Below are positions 18,794-27,892 of a stretch of DNA of 60,149 bases, one piece after another. The notes under the pieces were generated by a model. It was given only the letters and a program-made list of their open reading frames with translations, made no database searches and had not been told where the DNA came from. Each line of letters opens with the position of its first letter. Positions within the stretch are counted from its first letter, which is position 1. Both the position numbers and the translations under genes were made by a program. This stretch comes from a virus (taxonomy: Duplodnaviria; Caudoviricetes), in IMG/VR virus record IMGVR_UViG_3300033273_000263, positions 1-60,149 of that record; one strand, 5' to 3'.

Positions 18794-19044
18794 ATCAAAC
18801 CTCGCTTTTTGAATTCCTGAATGGTTTCGTTGCAACCACCTGTATTCTTACCATCAACAATCAGTTGGGGGAAGGTGGCAGACCCACCAAACTGTGCATA
18901 GAATTGATCTCTGGAAAAGTTTTCGTTGAGGACTTGCTCACGATAACTCCATCCCTTGATTTTGTAAATCTCTTTGATCTTAGTGCAGAAAGGGCAACCA
19001 GGTTTCGTATAGATGGTGGTGCTACGGGGTGCGGAACTGTTCAT
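18790..19044 (-). CDS. nrdC: Glutaredoxin
   Basis: CPFC, TFPQ, GG. Confidence 0.92.
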   Translation of the reverse strand: MNSSAPRSTTIYTKPGCPFCTKIKEIYKIKGWSYREQVLNENFSRDQFYAQFGGSATFPQLIVDGKNTGGCNETIQEFKKRGLI

Positions 19045-19046
19045 AA

Positions 19047-19667
19047 TTAGAATAGATGTACGTTGAATGCGATGGACCAGCGACTACCATCGTGATCGCC
19101 AGCAATGGTTGAGTGCTCCAACCAAGAAGGGAATAGTATAACAGACTCGGGAACAGGATCAAAATAGATACCCTCTTCTGTGCCAAACATACACATCTTT
19201 GAATATGGATTTGGATTGTAGAAGAGAATACCACCCATATTAGGGGTGGTACGGTGATAGTACACTCCAGAAAGTGTATTACCTGCGTGGGTATGTCGTG
19301 GTTGTGTCTTGCCCTTCGGCAATGCATTGATCCACGACTGTGTGATCTGCCAAGTGCCCTTCAATGGTTCTATATATGCTATCGAATCAGGGACAGGAAG
19401 TTTTGTATTGGATACATAATCATCCAAACATTCTCCAAGGAATGCCTGAAACTTAGGCAGCGAAGAACCGTGCTTCTTAAAGAACTGAAGTATATGCTGC
19501 TTGTGGTGAGTACCATCAAGAGTTTCTTGCATAGCATAAGGAGACAGGTAGGAACTGTCTGACCAGTCTCCTGTCTCCTCTAAGTATTCAATAACAGAAT
19601 CGATCTCCTGAACAATCTCAGGGTCGTTGTGTTGTCGTGGGTATATTCGTGTCGGAAATAGGTCCAT
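19047..19667 (-). CDS. 2OG-Fe(II) oxygenase (TIGR02466-like)
   Basis: SW.N, HTH...SGVYY, LFPSWLEH, R.SIAFN. Confidence 0.85.
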   Translation of the reverse strand: MDLFPTRIYPRQHNDPEIVQEIDSVIEYLEETGDWSDSSYLSPYAMQETLDGTHHKQHILQFFKKHGSSLPKFQAFLGECLDDYVSNTKLPVPDSIAYIEPLKGTWQITQSWINALPKGKTQPRHTHAGNTLSGVYYHRTTPNMGGILFYNPNPYSKMCMFGTEEGIYFDPVPESVILFPSWLEHSTIAGDHDGSRWSIAFNVHLF

Positions 19668-19827
19668 TGTTCCAGTGTCGGATTACTCCGCTAATAATAA
19701 AACAGTTAGTGACAAGATAAGAGAGAAATATAATAGTCCGTACACTAGCAATGATGTTTGCTTCTTTGTCACTACGACCCTCCTTCCTACCTAGAGCATA
19801 GCTCCACAGTCTCCACGCCTTTAACAC
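19618..19827 (-). CDS. Hypothetical membrane protein
   Basis: WRLW..ALG.K.G..D.EA..IA..RT...N.FII.GV.RHW. Confidence 0.65.
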   Translation of the reverse strand: MLKAWRLWSYALGRKEGRSDKEANIIASVRTIIFLSYLVTNCFIISGVIRHWNNGPISDTNIPTTTQRP

Positions 19828-20017
19828 GTTCGGTAATCTCTTTCAATTTGCCGTCAGTAGTATATAGCAGACAGTGATTGTCAGTCAAGACGTAGTACCC
19901 AGTGATGTCCTTACCGTTGTCGCACCAACCATATGCAAACACGGGTTCATCAACCTCTTCTAAGAGGAGACGCTTGTTATGCATATAGTGACCATAGCGT
20001 TCGTGGAGATTGATCAT
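19787..20017 (-). CDS. Hypothetical protein
   Basis: Coupled ORF in operon. Confidence 0.6.
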   Translation of the reverse strand: MINLHERYGHYMHNKRLLLEEVDEPVFAYGWCDNGKDITGYYVLTDNHCLLYTTDGKLKEITERVKGVETVELCSR

Positions 20018-20196
20018 TGCTCTTCCACAATTTCAGTGTACCGACGACGGCAATAGTCAATACATTCGTCTCGATACATCATCAGTTCGTGGTAGCACTT
20101 TTGTGCGTGTGCTTCACCTCTGAGTTCGGAGTTTGGTTCAATCAGACTCTCTATCAATAGGCTCATCCCCCTGAGTTTTTGGTCCCGTGTCGCCAT
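20014..20196 (-). CDS. Hypothetical protein
   Basis: Coupled ORF. Confidence 0.55.
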   Translation of the reverse strand: MATRDQKLRGMSLLIESLIEPNSELRGEAHAQKCYHELMMYRDECIDYCRRRYTEIVEEQ

Positions 20197-20410
20197 CGGC
20201 AGCCTCCTGTGTGTGTTCCCTTACATTATATAGAGTGTCGTCCAGGCGGGCAACCTCTCCCAATCTACTTTTGTAAAATTTACTGATTTGCTTAATCTTT
20301 TTCCTCATTGCTTTGGGGTTACCCTTGTGCTCGTTGATTGCCTTACGGAGACTGTTCAACTCACGGTTGGATGTCATCAACTTACGGTCCCAAAAACCTT
20401 CATTCTTCAT
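20138..20410 (-). CDS. Hypothetical protein
   Basis: ATG overlaps the upstream stop. Confidence 0.55.
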   Translation of the reverse strand: MKNEGFWDRKLMTSNRELNSLRKAINEHKGNPKAMRKKIKQISKFYKSRLGEVARLDDTLYNVREHTQEAADGDTGPKTQGDEPIDRESD

Positions 20411-23400
20411 TAGGTTGCGTCCTCAATAACAAACTGATAATAATTAAACTGTGCAGACTTAGATCTACTCAGGTTACTATACCACACCGTACTGTTTCTG
20501 TCGTGTGATTCCTGGTACATTGCCCACTTAGCAGATCTAGAAACAGCATTGGTCTCTGCGTTTCTAATCTTAATCTTCTTAGGAAGTTGCTTCTGACTGG
20601 GATAGAAAGGAGCACTGGTCTCCTGACCATCATAGTTATCATCAGATCTGTCTGGGAACTCAAAGCGTTTCCTAAGACCATCATAGTATCCAGTGCCATA
20701 ACTCTGAACAGAATCCACAGTCCACCTGAAGTTATACCCCAGGGCAGACTCTGGTTGACCATTATCTATCTCGGTATCTTTATAGATCATCTGGGCACGC
20801 ATACGAACCTTAAATGGATCGTTCCCACCAAACACAAAGTCGTGATAGAAGTAAACTGGTTCACTATTAGCAGTTTTTCTGATCCAATACTGTACCAGGG
20901 TGACAGGTTCACCATAGTATTCCGATACAGATCCAGAACTATCCTGCAAGTCAGTTGTAAACAGATGCTCTACCAGTTCGTTAACAGCAATGTCATAGTA
21001 ATTATTGTTGACTGCCTGTAGGTTGATCATCTGGACAGGATCAGGTACCCCAAACACACCCTGCTCTGCGTTGGCATTAATGGCACCAAACTTAACTGTC
21101 TGAACAACACCAGAAGTGGCACACTGTGCCCCATCAATAGTATCTACACGAATTGCTTGGAAGAATTTTTCACCATTCCCCCCCTTATCTACTCCAAGGA
21201 AGTAGCGTTCCTTTTCATTTGTAGTATATCCTGCTGCACCATAGGTGTCTAGCATAGCAGTAATCTTATATCGAATACGATTATTATTCAGTGTCTCATA
21301 CTGAAGGGCAAAAGAAAGTCCCTTCTTAGTTTCACGAGTCATAAATCCAGACATATTATCCACCACTTCCTTTCTTCCATCAATAAATCGTGGACGCCCG
21401 TTAACAGTCAACCAGTTGCCAGTGACACCACCAGCAGAAGTCCAGGCAACAGTGCTGTTGCTATCGTCAAACATATCAACCAGACTTATCTGACCAGGTT
21501 TGCCACAGGTAGCATCATTTGTACCACGCATCTTGTGAGAGATCGTTGTGAGTTTCGCTGTCCAAGTAGTGATTAGATCACCAGCAGTTTCATCTCTCAA
21601 AGAAAATGCAGGGGAAGCACTACCATTGAAGTGACCATCGTTGATTTCTTCAACGTGGAAGGAGATATCATCCCCCTCAGATACAGAGAAGGTATAAAAC
21701 ACTTCGCCAATTCGCTTCCAATCTTCTACGTGAGATTTCTCTTGGTAGATAGTGGTACCATTTTTCTTGAGAGACCAAGTGAACTTAATACACTCACCAA
21801 ATCCACCAGTCATACCACCGTGAGATCTGATACTCAGAGTTGCATTCTTAGTTGCAGTGATGGTCTGAACAACATTCCTGCGATCAGAGTAATCACCCTC
21901 ACACTTACCACATCCATATCCATCCTCAGTAATCTGACCGCACTCGTGACGTGTCAAAGATGCGTCGAAGAATCCACGAGGTTCGAAGATGGCAGTATCA
22001 CAACCATCCTTCATTGAAAGATCCATATACTCAGGAACGATGGTATCTTCAAAGACATAACACTGAATGCCTTCATAGAACCAAGGACTGTTAACATAGT
22101 TCAAACGATATGAGATCTTCACATCATCATAGTCATCATCACCATCAAGAAGATCTTCCCAGTATTGCCACCAGCGAGAAGTCCACTTAGTAAAATTCTT
22201 ATTATTCCAATTCAATCTCTTCTCAGAGAACACTGATAGGTCATTCTCTGCGCTGCTGAGATTTGTTCTCCAACCATTACCAGTCTCAGAGAATGTTAGT
22301 GTATCTCCTTCGCTAACACTATTCTCCTGGTTACCATCAGGCACCAAAACAAAACCAAGTCTGCAAGGAACATACTGGTTGATGGTTGCAGCAGGAATAG
22401 TGAATGACTTATATCCTGTCGCATCAGTTGCATTAGGAAGAACTACTTGACCATACACAGGATCTAGACCTTGATCTACAGGTGCAAGATAGTATCCAAA
22501 AGTATTTTCATATGATGCACCACCTCTCTGACAGTTGAATTCAATCAGCAAGTCAGAAGTAACTTCGTGTCTAAGATTGTAGTATCCCTTGGTGAGGTTA
22601 GCAACCAGTGGTGCACCACCAATGGGATTGAGAGTGTACCTATGGTCCTGGGTGGTCGGATTGTAATATCTGTAAAGAGGTGCACCTTTCTCTCCTTCAC
22701 CAAGGGCACTAATGATGTTGTTACTTTCACGGTAAACGTAAACAAGAACATCATCCCTTGCTCCCATACCAGCAGCATCCATCGTGCTCTTTTCACCAGC
22801 AGGATCTGTAGTGAGCATAGTGTCTACTGTGCTGCTGCTATATGAAATAAACAGCGGATCAGAATTGGGTTGCTCCTCTACGTGTGCATAGAATGCAACT
22901 TTTGTATCGCTATACCCTGGCGGTGGTGACTCAGACAGAGAATACAGATGATTAGATGCATTTACGTGCTCCCAGATAGGCACACGGAGAGGCACGCAGT
23001 TACGGACACAGACCTTATTATAGAGTCCGTACTGGCTTTTACTGGAGAAGGTATCACAGTCCGCTTGTGGGGGTTTCCAAGCACCTCCTGCGTAGGGTCT
23101 GAAGATGCAATCGATATGATCCTTGATGCACTGTTTGAAATCAAACTCTTCCTTACAGTTGATGGAAGAGTTGTACTCACCAAAGTCATTGGTACACACA
23201 GAACCAGACGTGGGTTCCTTGGCATTAGGGAAACTGAACTGCACCTTAGAGGGTACCTGCCCAGGATCAATACCAAGACCCACCAGACTATCTAAGATAC
23301 CAGAGAAGTCATACTCGATTGGTTGTGCGGTGGGTACATCATCGTCTTCGGGCACAAAGTTCCGAATGGTTTGAGGTGCCTGAGACGGATAGCACTGCCC

Positions 23401-23565
23401 CAGGAGATTCTCGATCACCTGGTTGACAGTCTTCTGTGCAGGAGTCGAACCATCAGATCCTGTGTTTACTGGACCCCCACCAGATGCAACCTCCTGCTGT
23501 CCAGCATTGGGGTCATCCGTGGGGTCACAGTTTTGTTGAAACCAACCGTTATCACCACCTGCCAT
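20410..23565 (-). CDS. Large putative virion structural protein (1051 aa)
   Basis: Late-promoter-like ATAAATA just upstream; Cys-rich; PLYRYYN..T.DH.YT repeat unit; Y.N.FGYY...WEDL..GD.DYDD (DUF4114-like). Confidence 0.7.
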   Translation of the reverse strand: MAGGDNGWFQQNCDPTDDPNAGQQEVASGGGPVNTGSDGSTPAQKTVNQVIENLLGQCYPSQAPQTIRNFVPEDDDVPTAQPIEYDFSGILDSLVGLGIDPGQVPSKVQFSFPNAKEPTSGSVCTNDFGEYNSSINCKEEFDFKQCIKDHIDCIFRPYAGGAWKPPQADCDTFSSKSQYGLYNKVCVRNCVPLRVPIWEHVNASNHLYSLSESPPPGYSDTKVAFYAHVEEQPNSDPLFISYSSSTVDTMLTTDPAGEKSTMDAAGMGARDDVLVYVYRESNNIISALGEGEKGAPLYRYYNPTTQDHRYTLNPIGGAPLVANLTKGYYNLRHEVTSDLLIEFNCQRGGASYENTFGYYLAPVDQGLDPVYGQVVLPNATDATGYKSFTIPAATINQYVPCRLGFVLVPDGNQENSVSEGDTLTFSETGNGWRTNLSSAENDLSVFSEKRLNWNNKNFTKWTSRWWQYWEDLLDGDDDYDDVKISYRLNYVNSPWFYEGIQCYVFEDTIVPEYMDLSMKDGCDTAIFEPRGFFDASLTRHECGQITEDGYGCGKCEGDYSDRRNVVQTITATKNATLSIRSHGGMTGGFGECIKFTWSLKKNGTTIYQEKSHVEDWKRIGEVFYTFSVSEGDDISFHVEEINDGHFNGSASPAFSLRDETAGDLITTWTAKLTTISHKMRGTNDATCGKPGQISLVDMFDDSNSTVAWTSAGGVTGNWLTVNGRPRFIDGRKEVVDNMSGFMTRETKKGLSFALQYETLNNNRIRYKITAMLDTYGAAGYTTNEKERYFLGVDKGGNGEKFFQAIRVDTIDGAQCATSGVVQTVKFGAINANAEQGVFGVPDPVQMINLQAVNNNYYDIAVNELVEHLFTTDLQDSSGSVSEYYGEPVTLVQYWIRKTANSEPVYFYHDFVFGGNDPFKVRMRAQMIYKDTEIDNGQPESALGYNFRWTVDSVQSYGTGYYDGLRKRFEFPDRSDDNYDGQETSAPFYPSQKQLPKKIKIRNAETNAVSRSAKWAMYQESHDRNSTVWYSNLSRSKSAQFNYYQFVIEDAT

Positions 23566-23590
23566 AGTATCTTAAAGAGTTTCTTTTTAT

Positions 23591-23890
23591 TTATTCAGGT
23601 GCCTTTGATGGTACATAGGGATCGCGTGAGCGATTCTTGATAACAATGAAGGCATCATTATTATACTTGCGGGTACCTTTAAGAGGTGCCCACTTGGTAC
23701 CTGCACCATCAATCCCATAGACTGAGGTGCCACCAATTTCTACAACAACATCATCATAACAATCCCATCCAAGTTCTGCAATGGTGTCTGCAAGTTGTTT
23801 ATGAACTGTTTTCATCACTGCTGCTGCTTTTCTTTTTGTAATTAAAGTGTCATCCATAACGTGTTCTTCGGGTTCAAAGTTGCCGTGCAT
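23591..23890 (-). CDS. Conserved cyanophage hypothetical protein
   Basis: LGWDCYDD..VEIGG...IDG.G.KWAP.KGTRKYN.DAFIVIKNR. Confidence 0.7.
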   Translation of the reverse strand: MHGNFEPEEHVMDDTLITKRKAAAVMKTVHKQLADTIAELGWDCYDDVVVEIGGTSVYGIDGAGTKWAPLKGTRKYNNDAFIVIKNRSRDPYVPSKAPE

Positions 23891-23917
23891 AAAAAAAAGG
23901 GAGCAGTTAACTCCCTT
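23891..23917 (-). terminator. Rho-independent terminator
   Basis: AAGGGAG-TTAACTG-CTCCCTT followed by a T run. Confidence 0.65.
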
Positions 23918-23922
23918 ATATA

Positions 23923-24942
23923 TTAACATCCAGGAAGACGAGATGCGACTGTCTCCACATTCACGTATTTCTCAAGTGCCTTACGAGTCTTCTCAGTAAC
24001 AATCTGCTTACGCTTTTGACCCTTAACATACAGATCGAAGCAGTAAAGAACCCAAGGTACCGTGCAATCCATATTATCATTGCCGACGTATTTGGTGTTC
24101 TTGTTTGGGAAGATAACACCCTCGTTCTTACGCCACTCCTGAACAATGTGAGAGACACCATCCATCTCTGCTTCCATATTGTTCATTGCCATCCGATCCA
24201 GTTGAGCGAATGCCTTATTCAAGAGATCGTTCTGGGTACCATACTTCTTGATGGCAAGCAGTGCAGCACAGATCAAGTGCTGATCCCAATGCATAGAGTT
24301 GCTCATAAAGTTATCGAGATGCTTGATCTCTTCCAAGAAAATTCCGACCTGCCCAACCAATTCAGTACCCTTAGGAGCAATTTGAACTTCCCAGGTATCG
24401 GGATCATAGGCACAGCACGCCTTATGGAGTGCGGTCAGGATCTGACCTTTGCTCAGTTTATTGGACTTGGGTTGGTAACGGTACATACCAGAGAGGATAC
24501 CGTAAAGTTTCTCCTGGTTTTTCTCAGTTGCATCAGGAGAGTCAAAAGTATTGTAGGAAGTCTGGATACGAAGGCAGGAGTCGTAAGAGAACTCAATGTA
24601 GAAAACTTCCTTCGGGATCGCATCAGATCCACCTTCTGCCCAGTTCTTTGCACGGGTGTTGGAGTCAAGACGCCAACGCTGACCTGCCTTATACTTTTTA
24701 CCAAAGATCTCATCGTCCTTGGTGAGTTTGGCAATGAACACCACCCAGTGTTCGGGCATCAGGCGTGCCAGGTGAGCGCGAGCACGCTTCAAACGTGCCA
24801 GAGTATCGCGTTGACAGAACACCTCATCAAGTTGAGAATATTCTTCATAGTTCATCCAACCAGAGGTAAGAACGTTGGATTCACGGGTAGGCATAAACGG
24901 CACAATGGTACCGTCTGCACGAAATACAGTAGTCGTAGTCAT
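23923..24942 (-). CDS. ParB/DndB(DGQHR)-like early protein
   Basis: QR motif, LDSNTR (cf. DGxHR), Y.TFDS; own sigma70 promoter. Confidence 0.5.
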   Translation of the reverse strand: MTTTTVFRADGTIVPFMPTRESNVLTSGWMNYEEYSQLDEVFCQRDTLARLKRARAHLARLMPEHWVVFIAKLTKDDEIFGKKYKAGQRWRLDSNTRAKNWAEGGSDAIPKEVFYIEFSYDSCLRIQTSYNTFDSPDATEKNQEKLYGILSGMYRYQPKSNKLSKGQILTALHKACCAYDPDTWEVQIAPKGTELVGQVGIFLEEIKHLDNFMSNSMHWDQHLICAALLAIKKYGTQNDLLNKAFAQLDRMAMNNMEAEMDGVSHIVQEWRKNEGVIFPNKNTKYVGNDNMDCTVPWVLYCFDLYVKGQKRKQIVTEKTRKALEKYVNVETVASRLPGC

Positions 24943-24994
24943 AGTTTTTTCGGTTGCGTATAGAGAGACTCAGGTGCCTCCCTTTGACTCTCCC

Positions 24995-25023
24995 AATATA
25001 CACAAAAAAAGGACCCCTGTCAA
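24995..25023 (-). promoter_or_regulatory. Sigma70-type early promoter overlapping the psbA terminator
   Basis: TTGACA-17 nt-TATATT. Confidence 0.7.
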
Positions 25024-25032
25024 GGAGTCCTT
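25004..25032 (-). terminator. psbA terminator
   Basis: GGACTCC-TTGACA-GGGGTCC-TTTTTTT. Confidence 0.75.
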
Positions 25033-25056
25033 ACTTGGATTGTTAGGAAACCAACA

Positions 25057-26136
25057 TCAACCGATTGCAGGTGCCTTGAGTGCCACAGGGGTGGATTCAA
25101 CAGATGCCAGGTCCAGAGGGAAGTTGTGAGCGTTGCGCTCGTGCATCACCTCAAAACCGAGATTAGCACGGTTGAGAATGTCTGCCCAAGTGTTGATCAC
25201 ACGGTTCTCGTTATCCAGCAGAGACTGGTTGAAGTTGAAACCGTTGAGGTTGAATGCCATTGTGCTAACGCCCAGGGCAGCAAACCAGATACCGACAACA
25301 GGCCAAGCAGCAAGGAAAAAGTGTAGTGAACGAGAGTTGTTGAACGAAGCATACTGGAAGATCAGACGACCAAAGTAACCGTGTGCAGCAACAATGTTGT
25401 ACGTTTCTTCTTCTTGACCAAACTTGTAACCATAGTTCTGGGACTCAGTTTCGGTGGTTTCACGAACCAGCGAAGAGGTAACCAACGAACCGTGCATTGC
25501 ACTGAACAGAGAACCGCCAAACACACCAGCAACGCCGAGCATATGGAACGGATGCATCAGAATGTTGTGCTCTGCTTGGAAGACAAGCATATAGTTGAAG
25601 GTACCAGAGATACCAAGAGGCATAGCGTCAGAGAAAGAACCTTGACCAAAGGGGTAGACAAGGAACACTGCAGATGCTGCAGCGACAGGTGCGCTGTAGG
25701 CAACGCAGATCCAGGGGCGCATACCCAGGCGGTAGGAGAGTTCCCACTCACGACCCATATAAGCGTAGATACCAATCAGGAAGTGGAAGACTACCAGTTG
25801 GAAAGGACCACCATTGTACAACCACTCGTCAAGCGATGCGGCTTCCCAGATGGGATAGAAGTGAAGTCCAATAGCGTTAGAGGAAGGAACAACAGCACCA
25901 GAGATAATGTTGTTACCCCACATAAGAGAACCCGAAACAGGTTCGCGGATGCCATCAATGTCCACAGGGGGAGCACCGATGAAGGCGATGATGAAACACG
26001 TTGCTGCAGCGAGCAGCGTAGGAATCATCAGGACGCCGAACCAACCGACATACAGACGGTTGTTGGTGGAGGTGACCCAGGAACAAAACTCCTCCCAGGT
26101 AGATGCGCCTTGTTGGCGCGAAAGTGTTGCAGTCAT
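25057..26136 (-). CDS. psbA: Photosystem II D1 protein, no intron
   Basis: [44 protein letters not shown]. Confidence 0.99.
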   Translation of the reverse strand: MTATLSRQQGASTWEEFCSWVTSTNNRLYVGWFGVLMIPTLLAAATCFIIAFIGAPPVDIDGIREPVSGSLMWGNNIISGAVVPSSNAIGLHFYPIWEAASLDEWLYNGGPFQLVVFHFLIGIYAYMGREWELSYRLGMRPWICVAYSAPVAAASAVFLVYPFGQGSFSDAMPLGISGTFNYMLVFQAEHNILMHPFHMLGVAGVFGGSLFSAMHGSLVTSSLVRETTETESQNYGYKFGQEEETYNIVAAHGYFGRLIFQYASFNNSRSLHFFLAAWPVVGIWFAALGVSTMAFNLNGFNFNQSLLDNENRVINTWADILNRANLGFEVMHERNAHNFPLDLASVESTPVALKAPAIG

Positions 26137-26150
26137 CGTTAATGTACTTG

Positions 26151-26250
26151 AAGTAAGACCATCAGGGAAATGGTGGAGTTACTATTCCTCCCCACCCTCA
26201 GGGGAGGTATGAGAGACGTGATTTAGTCACCCTATAGGTCTCGGTTTGGG
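26151..26250 (-). ncRNA. PhotoRC-II-like cis-regulatory RNA in the psbA leader
   Basis: Stems GAGAC/GTCTC, CCTCCCC/GGGGAGG, ACCAT/ATGGT directly 5' of psbA; matches my recollection of the cyanophage PhotoRC-II motif. Confidence 0.7.
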
Positions 26251-26298
26251 GTGAGATCTTCGGGATGAGAAACGGTTAAGTTTCGTAACCCGTTGATG

Positions 26299-26332
26299 TA
26301 TTTATATTAAGGGAAAACCGAACCTTTGTCAA
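26299..26332 (-). promoter_or_regulatory. Overlapping sigma70 (TTGACA-17-TAATAT) and late (TATAAATA) promoters of psbA
   Basis: Both motifs read directly from the sequence. Confidence 0.7.
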
Positions 26333-27663
26333 GCGGGATAGTCCCAGGATGTGACACTTCCTGAATTGTGTGTCCCCCAGGTGCCTGAGTGGTACAGGTA
26401 CGGTACGGTCCTGACCTTGCAGGATTCCCCAGTACAGATCAAGTCATCCACGATCCTCCAGGATTCCATAACCTCATCAGCGTGAACGAAGTGACTCTGA
26501 TCCCCGTTGATAGCATCATACAAAAGTTTCTCATACCCATCGATGGATCTATCTTCAGGATAGTTGTGTGTGAGGGTAGCAGTCTCAACATCATTTTTGA
26601 ATCCAGGTGCCTTCATATCCAGACGAATGTCTAGGTGAGGACGTGGTTGCAAACGCATAACAATACGATCATTATACTCGTGACCTTCAAACAGTTGTTG
26701 TGGTGGTGCCTTCAGTTTGATCACAACCTCAACACACTGATAAGGCATCCGTTTGCCAGTCATAAAGTTGAAAGGAACTCCCTCCCAACGCCAGTTGTCG
26801 ATGTACATATCGCCACAGGCATAAGTTGGAGTCTGACTATTGTCATCAACTCCTTCCTCGTCACGGTACCCTATGTACTGACCGAGAATAAGTTTCTTAC
26901 CCAGGCGAGTTGCAGCGAGAACCTTAGACTTCTCCCTACGAATCTCCCTGGCATCCATCCTACAAGGCGCTTCCATAGCGATCAATGCTAGGACTTGAAG
27001 GACGTGGTTCTGTAGCATATCTCTGACCACACCAGCAGTCTCATAGTATTGTGAACGACCTTCACATCCTATGGTCTCAGTGGCAAAGATCTGAACTTCC
27101 TCTACGTAGTTCCTGTTCCAAAGTGGTTCCAGTAGAATATTGCTAAAGCGGGTGGCAAGGATATTATTAACAGTATCTTTGCCGAGATAATGGTCAATGC
27201 GATATACTTGTTTCTCGCGTAGATGTCGAGCCACCACAGATGATAGATTATCAGCAGATTTATAATCGTATCCAAAGGGTTTCTCGATAACCACGCGGGA
27301 GTGATCTGGGTCATCCAGTCTCCCACTTTCTTTAAGATTGGCAATCGCATTAGCATACCTCTCTGGTGGCACGGATAAAAAATACGTATTGTCGTGTAGG
27401 TAATAAGGAAGAAGAGAAAGAGTATCATCATTGGCCAGATCAACACAGGTGTAATCAAGTTGTTGTAAGAACTCTTGAGGGTATTCTCCTAGAGTCTTCT
27501 TCCATTCGGATGCAGTTGGTGAACGTCTAGCAGCACCAGTAATTAAAAAATTCTCTGGCAAAAAATTCTTCTGCCAGAGTTTGTATAGTGCAGGGATTAG
27601 TTTCTTCTTACAAAGGTCTCCCGTTGCTCCGAAGATAACAATCCCTTTAGTGAGCGGTACCAT
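26329..27663 (-). CDS. zwf: Glucose-6-phosphate dehydrogenase
   Basis: IFGATGDL, EKPFG, YRIDHYLGK, RDMLQNH; start taken at MVPLTKG. Confidence 0.96.
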   Translation of the reverse strand: MVPLTKGIVIFGATGDLCKKKLIPALYKLWQKNFLPENFLITGAARRSPTASEWKKTLGEYPQEFLQQLDYTCVDLANDDTLSLLPYYLHDNTYFLSVPPERYANAIANLKESGRLDDPDHSRVVIEKPFGYDYKSADNLSSVVARHLREKQVYRIDHYLGKDTVNNILATRFSNILLEPLWNRNYVEEVQIFATETIGCEGRSQYYETAGVVRDMLQNHVLQVLALIAMEAPCRMDAREIRREKSKVLAATRLGKKLILGQYIGYRDEEGVDDNSQTPTYACGDMYIDNWRWEGVPFNFMTGKRMPYQCVEVVIKLKAPPQQLFEGHEYNDRIVMRLQPRPHLDIRLDMKAPGFKNDVETATLTHNYPEDRSIDGYEKLLYDAINGDQSHFVHADEVMESWRIVDDLICTGESCKVRTVPYLYHSGTWGTHNSGSVTSWDYPA

Positions 27664-27784
27664 TTCCGTCATAGTCGTCTGAGTCATAGTAGTCATTCTC
27701 ACCCTTATAGGCTCCAAAGAACAGGGTGGCACATAAAAAGGGTATTGCTGCCCAAAGTAAGACATTCCCTAGTAGGTGTTCCAT
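27647..27784 (-). CDS. ndhP: NDH-1 subunit NdhP (45 aa)
   Basis: Manual translation MEHLLGNVLLWAAIPFLCATLFFGAYKGENDYYDSDDYDGNGTAH; TM helix plus FFG...YDSD.YDGNG(T/S)AH C-terminus of NdhP. Confidence 0.8.
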   Translation of the reverse strand: MEHLLGNVLLWAAIPFLCATLFFGAYKGENDYYDSDDYDGNGTAH

Positions 27785-27808
27785 TGTACTATCTATGGTT
27801 GTGATTTA

Positions 27809-27892
27809 TCATTTAGGTTTTTTAACTGGCCAAGTTAATTCTAACGTAATTGTCAGGAGAACAACGAAAGAGAATATAAAGATTGAAGTCAT
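27809..27892 (-). CDS. Small membrane peptide (27 aa)
   Basis: MTSIFIFSFVVLLTITLELTWPVKKPK; ATGA-coupled to gnd. Confidence 0.5.
   Translation of the reverse strand: MTSIFIFSFVVLLTITLELTWPVKKPK

Noticed and set aside
25381-26142. 253-aa + strand ORF antisense to psbA (and similar long antisense ORFs over gp32, gp43, nrdA and the ParB-like gene)
   Set aside because: Shadow frames of strongly codon-biased genes; no RBS or recognisable motifs
27664-27765. Extended zwf N-terminus in the ORF track
   Set aside because: Overlaps ndhP in another frame; G6PDH homology begins at about MVPLTKG (27663)
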